Source: a virus (lineage: Duplodnaviria > Caudoviricetes). Taken from it: a stretch of 58,688 nucleotides of DNA. Positions 1-9,621 of this stretch are shown here, in pieces; position 1 is the stretch's first letter; the number at the start of each line of letters is the position of its first letter. The DNA lies in the IMG/VR virus record IMGVR_UViG_3300037041_002703, positions 1 through 58,688 of that record. One strand, given 5' to 3'. The position numbers and the translations under genes are program-made. A model generated the notes under the pieces. The model had not been told where the DNA came from and did not search any database. It was given only the letters and a program-made list of their open reading frames with translations.

Positions 1-1666
1 CTTCAGTGGTCAAACACTCGGGGTCTTGTTGGTAAGTAATGTCCGACAATTCTGCTGGACAAGTACCAGAAAAAGTTAAATTATCTTTTAATCCTTGAGT
101 ACCACCCCCCACTGAAATATTAAAGGGCACACCTACCTGTCTTTCCTTAAAGGTATTAAGAGGTCTTGGAATTATTTCCTCAAAATCCTCACAAACCATA
201 AAGAGTTTACCATTAACAAAAATCTTTAATGTTCCTTTTCTGAATTCTTTTTGCTCCAACCATAAATCAGTAATCTTAACTTGAGTAGTTTTGGCTGGAA
301 TATATTCGGAATATCCTTCTTCATGAGTAATTGGTGGCATAACCAAACTAACACTGTTATTTGCAGGTGTTGCTGTAAAAATTAAAGCTTCGACCTGACC
401 CAAACCTCCTAGGTAATAAAGGTCACCACAATCAAAAAATGCGTTTCTTTCAAATACTGCGTCTATTTGTACCCAGTGTTCTAATTCCGGATAAAGTGTG
501 TTTACGCAACTATCGAATATTCCTTTTGTTGAACACCACTCGACAGTAGTTACCCCAGTAACATAAGTAGTTCCAGTTAGACAAGTTCCAGATGGAACAC
601 AACTTCCAGTAATAAGATATTCTTTGACACAAACTCTTGGATTTCCAGTATCCCCGCTAAATCTGATTGACATGGCATTTGAAACACCATCATACAAAGG
701 GTCTAATTCCTTTATCGAGGCTTCTGTTGAACAACTACAAGGACAACCACAACCACAATTGGATGAAGTTACACCTGATGGTTGGTACACAGGGATACAA
801 TCCGCACCCGTTCCACCACTAATAGAACAACCACAGGTGTGCATACAAGTGAGTCCTGAGGTTACTCGAGTATAACCTGTGTCTGAAGAAGGACTACCAT
901 CGGCATAGTGGTAAAACTTATTTTCAGCCCTGCTTCCCATAAAGAAGAAGGTTCCCTTATTTTCCGGATATCTGGCATTAAGTCCAATATTTGTATCACC
1001 AGTAAATTGGTATTTGAGAAGCATCTCAACAGACCAACCCTGGCTTACTCTTGTCGGAAAAACTTCATAGTCATAACCCTGTAGCTTATAAAAACCCTGG
1101 TAAAATCCGCCATTTAGTTTAGCAACGGTTCCAATATCTCCTCCAACATCAACGTAAGATAAACCATATGAATAAGAATTGTCGTTCCACAATCTATTTT
1201 CGGGTGTTGTGTTACCCGAAATAGGGTGCATTTTGAAACGTCGGTCGTAAATATATCTATTATAAGTTTGGGCGGTTGTTGTATACAAGCCAGTGTATGC
1301 TGTCATAGTTATACCAGACATTTCTTTGGTAAGACCATTGTCAATTCCTGTTAAGCCAACATCACAAATTTCTGTTGTCACCGGACAAAAATTTGGGTCT
1401 ATATCATCTGGATTATAATAGTTTTCAGAAACAATCGTATCATAAAGAAAATCATTAACTAGAGGAGAAATGGTAGTTCCTGAGGAATTAAAATCAAATT
1501 TGAATGGCATACGATTTCCATCATCTTCAGCAATAAGAAGTGGTGAAAAAATAACCTCTTGGTTGAAGTCTCGTGCGTCATCTGCCAAACAGAAATCTAA
1601 GATTTCGTTAACCGGTTTCAGACCAATTTTCCGATAATTGTATTGATTGATATTTTGATATGCCAT
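1..1666 (-). CDS. Putative virion structural protein, Cys/Thr/Gly-rich, runs off the window edge (absent from the ORF track)
   Basis: Manual translation from ATG 1666: MAYQNINQYNYRKIGLKPVNEILDFC...CMHTCGC...NCGCGCPCSCS...ECLTTE. The segments checked are in one frame down to position 1. TATTTAT motif 9 nt upstream. Confidence 0.75.
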   Translation of the reverse strand, partial: MAYQNINQYNYRKIGLKPVNEILDFCLADDARDFNQEVIFSPLLIAEDDGNRMPFKFDFNSSGTTISPLVNDFLYDTIVSENYYNPDDIDPNFCPVTTEICDVGLTGIDNGLTKEMSGITMTAYTGLYTTTAQTYNRYIYDRRFKMHPISGNTTPENRLWNDNSYSYGLSYVDVGGDIGTVAKLNGGFYQGFYKLQGYDYEVFPTRVSQGWSVEMLLKYQFTGDTNIGLNARYPENKGTFFFMGSRAENKFYHYADGSPSSDTGYTRVTSGLTCMHTCGCSISGGTGADCIPVYQPSGVTSSNCGCGCPCSCSTEASIKELDPLYDGVSNAMSIRFSGDTGNPRVCVKEYLITGSCVPSGTCLTGTTYVTGVTTVEWCSTKGIFDSCVNTLYPELEHWVQIDAVFERNAFFDCGDLYYLGGLGQVEALIFTATPANNSVSLVMPPITHEEGYSEYIPAKTTQVKITDLWLEQKEFRKGTLKIFVNGKLFMVCEDFEEIIPRPLNTFKERQVGVPFNISVGGGTQGLKDNLTFSGTCPAELSDITYQQDPECLTTE

Positions 1667-1675
1667 AAACTACAG

Positions 1676-1702
1676 ATAAATACCTTTCTTTTGAGTATTT
1701 AT
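1676..1702. promoter_or_regulatory. Back-to-back TATTTAT putative late promoters for divergent genes
   Basis: ATAAATA at 1676-1682 (TATTTAT on minus) and TATTTAT at 1696-1702 on plus, each just upstream of an ATG. Confidence 0.6.
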
Positions 1703-1714
1703 AGTAAAAAAAGT

Positions 1715-2515
1715 ATGCTGAAATTAAACGAGGAATATTTTGGTTCAAACTATTACTTCCTCCTTCGTGAAAAGAAGGATGGTGGACACTTATGGTTTTC
1801 TGTCGCTAATACTATAGTAGAAGCCAGAAAAAAGGATGAGTATGTGAAAGTTCCCAAGGAAAAAATTGAAGCTTTGAGAAAACATTTGGAAAAAATTATT
1901 AGTGGAAAAAAGAAAAAATCTACAAAAGAAATAAAAGGAGAGGTGGACGAAATCGTGAACTCGGACGGTACCTTATCAACCTCTAACGTACCAATACTAG
2001 ACCCCAAGGTCACTCCGCGTAAAACTATGGACCAAACAGTTCAAGCCACCACCCAACCAGGAAATTATTTGGCCTGGTCGTACAGGGGGGGGAGAACATA
2101 TTATTCAGAATCAGAAATGAAAGAAGAAGATATGTCATCTGCTTTTGGTTATGAAGAAACAAAAGATTTGCCACCAGAGGAAACTATAGAAAAACTTGAA
2201 GATATGGGTGTTGACAATCCTGTTGAAAGAGCAATTGAATTTGGTAAAGACCCAAGTATTTCCCAGAAAAAAAAGGAAAAAGGAAGTATCATGAGAATTC
2301 GTCTCCAGGAAAAAGAAGTTATAAAAAAAAATCAAAAGGACCAATTAAAAAAAATTATTGAAGATATACTTGTAGGAAAAAAGAAAAAAAAAGATTTTGT
2401 AAGTAATCAAAATAAAAAAGAACTTTTAACCAAAGGAGAAATTATTGATTTAATAACTAAAAAAAACTTACCAATTGGTGATAACAAAGTAATCAACTCT
2501 TCAAGTGAACAGTAA
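1715..2515 (+). CDS. Hypothetical K/E-rich phage protein
   Basis: ORF 1643..2515. ATG 1715 (MLKLNEEYF) is preferred because it follows TATTTAT and an A-rich tract. Confidence 0.7.
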   Translation: MLKLNEEYFGSNYYFLLREKKDGGHLWFSVANTIVEARKKDEYVKVPKEKIEALRKHLEKIISGKKKKSTKEIKGEVDEIVNSDGTLSTSNVPILDPKVTPRKTMDQTVQATTQPGNYLAWSYRGGRTYYSESEMKEEDMSSAFGYEETKDLPPEETIEKLEDMGVDNPVERAIEFGKDPSISQKKKEKGSIMRIRLQEKEVIKKNQKDQLKKIIEDILVGKKKKKDFVSNQNKKELLTKGEIIDLITKKNLPIGDNKVINSSSEQ

Positions 2516-2993
2516 TTTATACAATACAACAACAGGAGAAGTGTTAATTCCAAAAGAAATTAAACAACACTTAAAAAATTCTTTTGCGCAAGCTAGAGGT
2601 GCTGACCAAAATACTGAGGGATTTAGACGAAATCAAGAACTACAAGGGCAGGAGAAAATAACTTATAAACAACTCAAAAGGATTAAAAATTTTTTTGACA
2701 ATTTTAAAGGTCAACAAAACGAATTGTCATTTTTATTAAACGGTGGTGTTCTTATGAAGAATTGGGTCAACAACACTCTTAATCAAATGAGAAATAACAC
2801 TCAAAATAATCAACAAAACACACAACCAGAAGACCCAACAATTAATTCAAACGAACTGAAAACAGATGTTAGAAACTTGGGAAGACCTTCTCAAGAACAC
2901 AAAAAAACAAGCCAAAAACATCCCACAGCAACCTACGAGCATACTGTGGTGGAAAGTTTAAAAAGAATAAACCAATTAATTTCAAAAATTTAA
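2505..2993 (+). CDS. Hypothetical phage protein
   Basis: 162 aa ORF packed between neighbours. Confidence 0.7.
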   Translation: MNSNLYNTTTGEVLIPKEIKQHLKNSFAQARGADQNTEGFRRNQELQGQEKITYKQLKRIKNFFDNFKGQQNELSFLLNGGVLMKNWVNNTLNQMRNNTQNNQQNTQPEDPTINSNELKTDVRNLGRPSQEHKKTSQKHPTATYEHTVVESLKRINQLISKI

Positions 2994-2994
2994 A

Positions 2995-3300
2995 ATGGCA
3001 AACAACCCAAAAGTATATGAACCATTGGATTTAGCGCAGACGGAATCCAATAATTTGACAGTTATTGCAGATGCGGAAAGAAAAAGACTTATCACAAGAA
3101 ACGACTTCCAACAAGGAGCCGATGAATATGGTGTAACAAATTCACAAGCTATCGCAGATGGTGATGACATGGGACGAGGTACAGGTGTTTATCTAGATGT
3201 TTACAACACAAGTGCCGGTACGAATCTGGACATTGCAGAAAGACAAGATGATATCAAAATTAACAAATATAATAGATTTAAAACTTACCCAAATTTTTAA
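2995..3300 (+). CDS. Hypothetical phage protein
   Basis: 101 aa ORF, translationally coupled to the next gene (TAATG). Confidence 0.7.
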   Translation: MANNPKVYEPLDLAQTESNNLTVIADAERKRLITRNDFQQGADEYGVTNSQAIADGDDMGRGTGVYLDVYNTSAGTNLDIAERQDDIKINKYNRFKTYPNF

Positions 3301-3680
3301 TGAAACTTACATCTGTTTTTAAATCTTTGATTTTAGAAATTGCGTCAGTTGACTCAGTGAGAAAATCTATTGAAGATAAACAGAAGATTATCATGTACTA
3401 TGATGGTGACGAACCTGGAGGTAAGGGTCTAAGATTAATCGAACCTGTTGCTTTGGGAAGAAGTAAAAGGGGGAATTTGGTGGTTAGAGCTTGGGACGAG
3501 GAAGGAGCGTCACACAGAGGTTATCTTGGTACAAGACCAATGCCTGGTTGGCGTTTATTTAAACTTGATAAAATTGTTTCTTACAAACCTTCTGGACAAA
3601 ATTTTGATACACCAAGACCAAATTTTAATTCAAATGGTGACAAAGACATGACAAGCATTATTATTATAGCAAAATTCTAA
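3300..3680 (+). CDS. Stand-alone WYL-domain-like protein
   Basis: IIMYY...RLIEPVALG...VVRAW...GWRLFKLDKI matches the WYL pattern (R.I.P...W...R.F+LDRI). Confidence 0.65.
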   Translation: MKLTSVFKSLILEIASVDSVRKSIEDKQKIIMYYDGDEPGGKGLRLIEPVALGRSKRGNLVVRAWDEEGASHRGYLGTRPMPGWRLFKLDKIVSYKPSGQNFDTPRPNFNSNGDKDMTSIIIIAKF

Positions 3681-3683
3681 GTT

Positions 3684-4268
3684 ATGGACTTACAAAAAAT
3701 TATGATGTCAAAAGCCATTATGGATAGACATAATCAAATGGATAAAGGAGCGGCGCCAAAAGCTAAGAATAATCCAGTCATGGAAAATTTTGATTTGCCG
3801 AATGTAAAATATAATATTCCCCAAGATTTATTGGGTGAAAGTACAACTTCGCCACAATTTACACAGCAACCTGTTGCACAATCTAGTCAGTTTATGAACA
3901 AACCTTACCCTGTTGCATCTAATGAAGCAATTAAAAATTCAAAACTCCCAGACGCAATTAAAAAATTGATGATGGAACATCCGATTGAACAACCAACTTC
4001 GATGGGAGGTTCTGTTACACTTTCTGATGAGTTAATTGAAAAAGCTTCCCGATTAATGGGACAAAACAAAAAACAAGTTGTAGAACAACAAACAGTTACA
4101 AATTCACAAGAAAATCTTAAAAGTGTTGTGAAAGAAATGTTAAAAGAAGTTTTGGCAGAAAATGGTTTGATTGTTGAGAGTGTGGAAAAATCTAACGACA
4201 ATTTCAGATTTCAAGTTGGCAAACACGTTTTTGAAGGAAAACTGACCAAAATCAAAAAGTTGTCCTAG
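3684..4268 (+). CDS. Hypothetical phage protein
   Basis: 194 aa ORF in the same operon. Confidence 0.7.
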   Translation: MDLQKIMMSKAIMDRHNQMDKGAAPKAKNNPVMENFDLPNVKYNIPQDLLGESTTSPQFTQQPVAQSSQFMNKPYPVASNEAIKNSKLPDAIKKLMMEHPIEQPTSMGGSVTLSDELIEKASRLMGQNKKQVVEQQTVTNSQENLKSVVKEMLKEVLAENGLIVESVEKSNDNFRFQVGKHVFEGKLTKIKKLS

Positions 4269-4322
4269 ACCTTTTTTTTTACCCTATAAGTTCTTATATT
4301 TTATAGAACTAAAATAGGGCTC

Positions 4323-5537
4323 ATGTCAAAAATACAAATATTAGTTGTCCCTTCGGACAGATTCGGTGTAGGAAAATTTCGTTCAATAGAACCACATATA
4401 TTTTTACAAAATAAATTTCCTGAAGATTTTCACGTGGAAATTGATTTAAATCCCCCAATGGAGGATTTGAATTTTTATAAAAAATTTCAAATTGTAGTAT
4501 ACCATCGAAGTATTACCAATGATTTTGAAAAATCGTATGCATTAGTTGAGCTGCTAAAGAAAGAAGGGATTATTTGTGTCTGTGACATGGATGACTACTG
4601 GAATCCCACAAAAGACCATCCAATTCATGATATTATTATGTTTAATAAAATTAACGAAAAAATTGTTAACAGTATTAAACAAGCTAGTTATGTTACAACA
4701 ACAACAACACTTTTTGCTGACGAAATAAGAAAGTACAACAAAAATGTTTTTGTACTTCCTAATTCTATTAATCCAGACGAAGCACAGTTCAAAGAAGTTA
4801 CGCAACAATCAGATAAACTAAGAATTGGTTGGTTAGGTGGTTCATCTCACTTATCAGACATAAAAATCTTAGACAACTCATTTGCAAAACTTGGAATGGA
4901 CTATAAAGATTTACAATTTGTTCTTTGTGGTTTTGATACTAGAGGTAGTATCACAGAAATTAATTCCCAAACTGGTGAACATAAAAAAAGAAATATCAAA
5001 CCTGAAGAAACAGTTTGGGCAATGTATGAGAAAGTATTCACGCAAAATTACAAGTACGTTTCACCAGAATATGAGAAAACTCTTAAAAAGTATGCACAGG
5101 AAGAGTATCCAGAATACTCGAATGAATCCTATAGAAGAGTTTGGACACTACCTGTTACTTCGTATGCTAGGAATTATGCTAAGTTTGACGTATCTTTGGC
5201 ACCGATTAAGAACCATATGTTTAACAAAATGAAATCACAACTTAAGGTTATTGAAGCTGGCTTTTATAAAAAAGCACTGATTGCTAGCGATTTGGGTCCA
5301 TATACTCTGGATTTAAAACATTGTTTGAAAAATGGTGAGTTTGTTGACGGAAACGCTTTATTAGTTGATGAAAGTAGAAACCACGGAGATTGGGCCAAAT
5401 ACATTCTGAAACTTTTGAAAAACCCGAACTTAGTTACTGACATGGGAGAACGACTCTATGAAACTGTTAGTAAAAAATATGATTTGAATATCGTAACAAT
5501 TGACAGAGCTGAAATTTACAAAAGTTTAATTAAATAA
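4323..5537 (+). CDS. GT-B fold glycosyltransferase (GT4-like)
   Basis: DMDDYW, IGWLGGSSH..D, DVSLAPI..FN.MKSQLKVIEAG...LIASD. Confidence 0.85.
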   Translation: MSKIQILVVPSDRFGVGKFRSIEPHIFLQNKFPEDFHVEIDLNPPMEDLNFYKKFQIVVYHRSITNDFEKSYALVELLKKEGIICVCDMDDYWNPTKDHPIHDIIMFNKINEKIVNSIKQASYVTTTTTLFADEIRKYNKNVFVLPNSINPDEAQFKEVTQQSDKLRIGWLGGSSHLSDIKILDNSFAKLGMDYKDLQFVLCGFDTRGSITEINSQTGEHKKRNIKPEETVWAMYEKVFTQNYKYVSPEYEKTLKKYAQEEYPEYSNESYRRVWTLPVTSYARNYAKFDVSLAPIKNHMFNKMKSQLKVIEAGFYKKALIASDLGPYTLDLKHCLKNGEFVDGNALLVDESRNHGDWAKYILKLLKNPNLVTDMGERLYETVSKKYDLNIVTIDRAEIYKSLIK

Positions 5538-5546
5538 CAAAAAAAA

Positions 5547-6257
5547 ATGATTACAATACCAACAAATAAGATTTTATTCTTAGACATAGAAACAGTTGGA
5601 TTAGAAAAAAATTATGATGATTTAGTTAAAAATCATCCTAGAATTTCTGACCAGTTTGATAAATACTTTGATTGGTTTCTCAAACGTTTTCCGGAAGATA
5701 AGGAAATTCAGGAAGACCAAAAAAATATTGTTTTTGCAACTAGAGCTGCCTTGGTCCCTGAATTTGCAAAAATTGTTTGTGTAAGTGTTGCTTTTGTCAC
5801 TGACAACGGAAATATCAAACGGCAAACTTTTGCTGATGATGACGAACATAAGTTATTGCGTGAAGTTCAAGTTTTGCTTGATAGGACGGGTAAGCTAGAT
5901 TTTTGGTTGTGTGGACATAACTTAAAAAATTTCGATATACCAATGCTAGCCAAGCGAATGTTAATACAAAATATTTTACCACCCTCAATTCTACCGGCTT
6001 TTAATACAAAACCCTGGGAAATTCGTGCAATTGATACTAAAGAAGTTTGGCAATTTGGGGCGTATACTGCTATTGGGTCTTTAGATTTGCTTTGTGCTTG
6101 TATGGATGTCCCTTCTCCAAAAGAAGGCGAAGTTGTAGGTTCAAAAGTACATGATTCTTATTGGAATAAAGGTATGTTAAAAGAAATTGCGGAATATTGC
6201 GAGCGAGATGTGCAGGTACTTGTAGACGTAATTTTAAAATTAAAATCATTGAAATGA
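5547..6257 (+). CDS. PolB-like DEDD 3'-5' exonuclease
   Basis: FLDIET (ExoI), GHNLKNFDIP (ExoII), YCERDV (ExoIII). Confidence 0.85.
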   Translation: MITIPTNKILFLDIETVGLEKNYDDLVKNHPRISDQFDKYFDWFLKRFPEDKEIQEDQKNIVFATRAALVPEFAKIVCVSVAFVTDNGNIKRQTFADDDEHKLLREVQVLLDRTGKLDFWLCGHNLKNFDIPMLAKRMLIQNILPPSILPAFNTKPWEIRAIDTKEVWQFGAYTAIGSLDLLCACMDVPSPKEGEVVGSKVHDSYWNKGMLKEIAEYCERDVQVLVDVILKLKSLK

Positions 6258-6877
6258 GTAATCAAATAGAAAACGAAGAAGAGTTCAACAAACAGTTTGA
6301 TGTTGAATTGAATAAATTATTGGAAGAAATTGAAAAATTAACTTTTTCGCCTGATGATTTAGATGAAGATGCTGATACAAATGAAATCGAAAAAAATTTA
6401 ACAGAGCTTGATGAATATATGAATCAAGAATTGTTAAAGGTAGAACTCCCATTCAAAAAATTACACGCGGATGCACTAATTCCAAATTATGCGTATGAAT
6501 TGGATTCTGGATTCGATTTTTACAGCATTGAAGAAATTCAAATACCGGCATTCGGCAGAGCATTAGTTCCGACAGGTTTAGCGTTTGAAGTTCCAGACGG
6601 CACTGAGTTACAAGTCCGCAGTAAAAGTGGGCTTGCCATCAACCAAGGTTTAATGGTTCTGAATAGTCCTGGGACTGTTGATTGTGGTTATTTAGGTGAA
6701 ATTAAGGTGATTGTAATGAACATGAACAATCATCCTATTAGGATAGAAAAATTTCAGAAAGTAGCACAAGGAGTATTATGTCCTGTATTTAACGGTAAGA
6801 AAGTTAAGTTGTCCGAAAAAAATAATCTAGGAAAATCAGATAGAGGTGAAAATGGATTTGGGTCAACAGGAATATAA
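6254..6877 (+). CDS. dut: Trimeric dUTPase with acidic N-terminal extension
   Basis: SGFD, RSKSGLA, GTVDCGYLGE, KVAQGV, RGENGFGSTG motifs. ATG at 6254 overlaps the upstream stop. Confidence 0.92.
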   Translation: MSNQIENEEEFNKQFDVELNKLLEEIEKLTFSPDDLDEDADTNEIEKNLTELDEYMNQELLKVELPFKKLHADALIPNYAYELDSGFDFYSIEEIQIPAFGRALVPTGLAFEVPDGTELQVRSKSGLAINQGLMVLNSPGTVDCGYLGEIKVIVMNMNNHPIRIEKFQKVAQGVLCPVFNGKKVKLSEKNNLGKSDRGENGFGSTGI

Positions 6878-7265
6878 TGGTAATGCAATCAGTCCAGTTT
6901 TACCGGATGGTCTAAAAAACTATCTAATTGATATTGATGGTACAATAACTGACGATGTGCCAAATGAAGAACCTTGGAGGATGAGCACCTGTCTACCTTA
7001 TGAGGGCTCTATAGAGCTTATAAATGCTTGGTACAATGAAGGGCACATAATCACTTTTTTTACTTCGAGAACAGAAGCTCATAGAGAAGTAACAGAAACA
7101 TGGTTAAATAAATATGGATACAAGTATCACGGGATACTAATGAATAAACCCCGAGGAGGGCAATATCATATTATTGATAATCATGTAATAAAAGCAACCA
7201 GGTTTAATGGAACTTGGAGTAAATTGATAAAAAAAAATCATACAATAGAAGTTTTTGAAAAATGA
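6846..7265 (+). CDS. Small HAD-superfamily phosphatase
   Basis: LIDIDGTI motif I, FFTSR motif II, MNKPRGG..IIDN. Confidence 0.75.
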   Translation: MKMDLGQQEYNGNAISPVLPDGLKNYLIDIDGTITDDVPNEEPWRMSTCLPYEGSIELINAWYNEGHIITFFTSRTEAHREVTETWLNKYGYKYHGILMNKPRGGQYHIIDNHVIKATRFNGTWSKLIKKNHTIEVFEK

Positions 7266-8896
7266 TAACAATCGGATACTCTACAAGAAAACACGACCCA
7301 GAATTTATTGAATATCTCAAAAAGTCATCTGGTAATTATAAGTACGTTGAAGTTATTGAGAAGATAAACAATGGTGAAAAATCCCTCTCAGAAGTTTATA
7401 ACGAAATTCTTTCAGAATCTAAAAGTGAAATTGTAATCCTGTGTCACGACGACATTTATTTTGATACCAATGCCTGGTATTCAAAAGTTTTGAAAAACTT
7501 TGAAAAAAACAATTTTGGTATCATTGGAGTTGCTGGGACAACCAGTCTTCCAAAATCAGGAATGTGGTGGGAGGACAGACGAAAAATGATTGGAATTGTA
7601 AATCATGAAAGTAATGGAAAAAAGTGGGAGTCAAAATATTCGGGTCCCCAAGGAAATGAAATTCGAGAAGTCGCTTTAGTAGATGGTCTTTTCATTTGTA
7701 TTCACAAAAAAAGAATTAAGAAAAATTTTGTAGAAGAATTTGAAGGGTTTCATTTTTATGATTTACCATTCTGTGTAGAAAATTATTTAAACGGTGTTAA
7801 AATAGGTGTCTGCACTAATATAAGAATAACACACAAGTCAATTGGACAAACAAACCAACAATGGGAAGATAACAAAAAATTATTTGTTGAAAGGTATGCA
7901 AATAATTTACCGATAAAAGTCCCATTTGACCAAAAACGTCAAATGAAAGTTTTATTGGCTTGCATGTTTTTTAGAACTTTTACAGGGTCTGAAGTTTATG
8001 TTTATGAACTTGCAAAAGAACTACAGAAATTAAACTGCCAAGTAACAGTACTTTCTCAAATTGGCGGACCTCTTACTGATTTAGCAAAAAAAGAAGGTAT
8101 AAAATGCCTATCATTCGAAGAAGCTCCCGGATTCAAAATGGGTGATGGTAAATGGTTGGTGATGGGTCCAGATAACAAACCTCAAGTTTCAAACCCAACA
8201 ACATTATACAAAGTCGCTGAAGTTGATTTTGACATTATTCATATTCAACACAAACCAGTTGCTGAAAGAATAGTTAATCTTTACCCGAATATTGATAAGA
8301 TTGCTTCAATACATTCAGAAGTTATAGAACTTGAAGACCCAGTAATCCACGATTCGATTAAGCATTACATTGCAATACGTCCTGAAATCAAAGACCATAT
8401 TGTTGAAAAGTTTGGTATTTTGGAAGAGAATATTTCTGTGATTTATAATCCTATTAACAAAAACAGATTCCCTACGTTACCAAAAAATGAAAAAGGATAT
8501 ATTTTGTTTGTTGGAACTGTAGACTATCTAAGAGAGCTAGCAATTAAAGATGCTGGAGAATATGCAATATCCTTAGGAAAGGAACTATGGTTAATTGGTG
8601 AAGATAAATCAATTTATTTGAAAAGTTATTTGAATAACCCAAGCATTAAACATTTCCCATCTACTTGGAATCTCAAACCATTTATTGAAGGTGCTTATGA
8701 AACCGCAGGTATTCAATTAGGTAGAACAACTATTGAAAGCTGGATGAGTGGAAAAGATAGTTGGATTTATAAAGTAAATGAAAATGGTGATATTCTTTCT
8801 AAAGAAAAAACTTCACCCCCAGAGGATATCGAAAAGTTTTACGCTGATAATGTTGCAAAACAAATAAAAGAACAATATATCAAGATTTTGTCATGA
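7262..8896 (+). CDS. Two-domain glycosyltransferase (GT-A/GT2-like plus GT-B-like)
   Basis: N-half has ILCHDD and FHFYD. C-half has TGSEVYVYELAKEL and GRTTIESW. Confidence 0.8.
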   Translation: MITIGYSTRKHDPEFIEYLKKSSGNYKYVEVIEKINNGEKSLSEVYNEILSESKSEIVILCHDDIYFDTNAWYSKVLKNFEKNNFGIIGVAGTTSLPKSGMWWEDRRKMIGIVNHESNGKKWESKYSGPQGNEIREVALVDGLFICIHKKRIKKNFVEEFEGFHFYDLPFCVENYLNGVKIGVCTNIRITHKSIGQTNQQWEDNKKLFVERYANNLPIKVPFDQKRQMKVLLACMFFRTFTGSEVYVYELAKELQKLNCQVTVLSQIGGPLTDLAKKEGIKCLSFEEAPGFKMGDGKWLVMGPDNKPQVSNPTTLYKVAEVDFDIIHIQHKPVAERIVNLYPNIDKIASIHSEVIELEDPVIHDSIKHYIAIRPEIKDHIVEKFGILEENISVIYNPINKNRFPTLPKNEKGYILFVGTVDYLRELAIKDAGEYAISLGKELWLIGEDKSIYLKSYLNNPSIKHFPSTWNLKPFIEGAYETAGIQLGRTTIESWMSGKDSWIYKVNENGDILSKEKTSPPEDIEKFYADNVAKQIKEQYIKILS

Positions 8897-9621
8897 TTAA
8901 GGTTGTAAGCTGTTTTTGGAATGCTGAAAAATATATTGGAAAATGTATTGAATCGTTGCAAATGCAAAAGTTTAAGGACTTTAAAGTTTACCTTATAGAT
9001 GATATGTCTACGGACAATTCAGTTTCCAAAATAGAAAAACTGATAGAGGAGGATATGAGATTTGAGTTGATTATAAATAAAGAAAAAAAATTTAAACTAA
9101 GAAACTTAGATGAACTCATACGGACTTTTGATGACGATGATGTTGTTGTCGAACTCGATGGAGACGATTGGTTATATTTACCAACAGTACTTGAGGAGAT
9201 TAACAAAACGTATCAAGACTCATCAGTTTGGATTACTAATGGTTCTTTTATGTATTCAAATGGTTCCAGAGGATTTTCTGCAAAATGTAACGCTTTAACC
9301 ATAAGAAAAGACGCTTTTCAATTTTCACACTTGAGAACTTGGAAAGCATTCCTGTGGAAAAGTATTCCTATTGAAAATTTCAAAGAAACCAACGGAGAAT
9401 ATTTCAAATCAGGTGCTGACGTTGCATATACCTTTCCTTTATTAGAGTTGGCTGGTGAAAAACACTACAAATTTATTTCTAGTATACTATATGTTTATAA
9501 TGCAAACTCCCCTTACAATGACCATAAAGAAGGTAGCGCAAGTGGTGGTTTAAATGAACAGTCCAGAGTAGCCAATATTATAAGAAAAAAAACACCCTTA
9601 AAACAACTTTTTATAGAATGA
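8893..9621 (+). CDS. GT2 glycosyltransferase
   Basis: NAEKYI.KCIESL..Q, IDDMSTDNS, ELDGDDW. Confidence 0.88.
   Translation: MIKVVSCFWNAEKYIGKCIESLQMQKFKDFKVYLIDDMSTDNSVSKIEKLIEEDMRFELIINKEKKFKLRNLDELIRTFDDDDVVVELDGDDWLYLPTVLEEINKTYQDSSVWITNGSFMYSNGSRGFSAKCNALTIRKDAFQFSHLRTWKAFLWKSIPIENFKETNGEYFKSGADVAYTFPLLELAGEKHYKFISSILYVYNANSPYNDHKEGSASGGLNEQSRVANIIRKKTPLKQLFIE

Noticed and set aside
624-875. 83 aa plus-strand ORF
   Set aside because: It is the antisense shadow of the long minus-strand gene at 1-1666.
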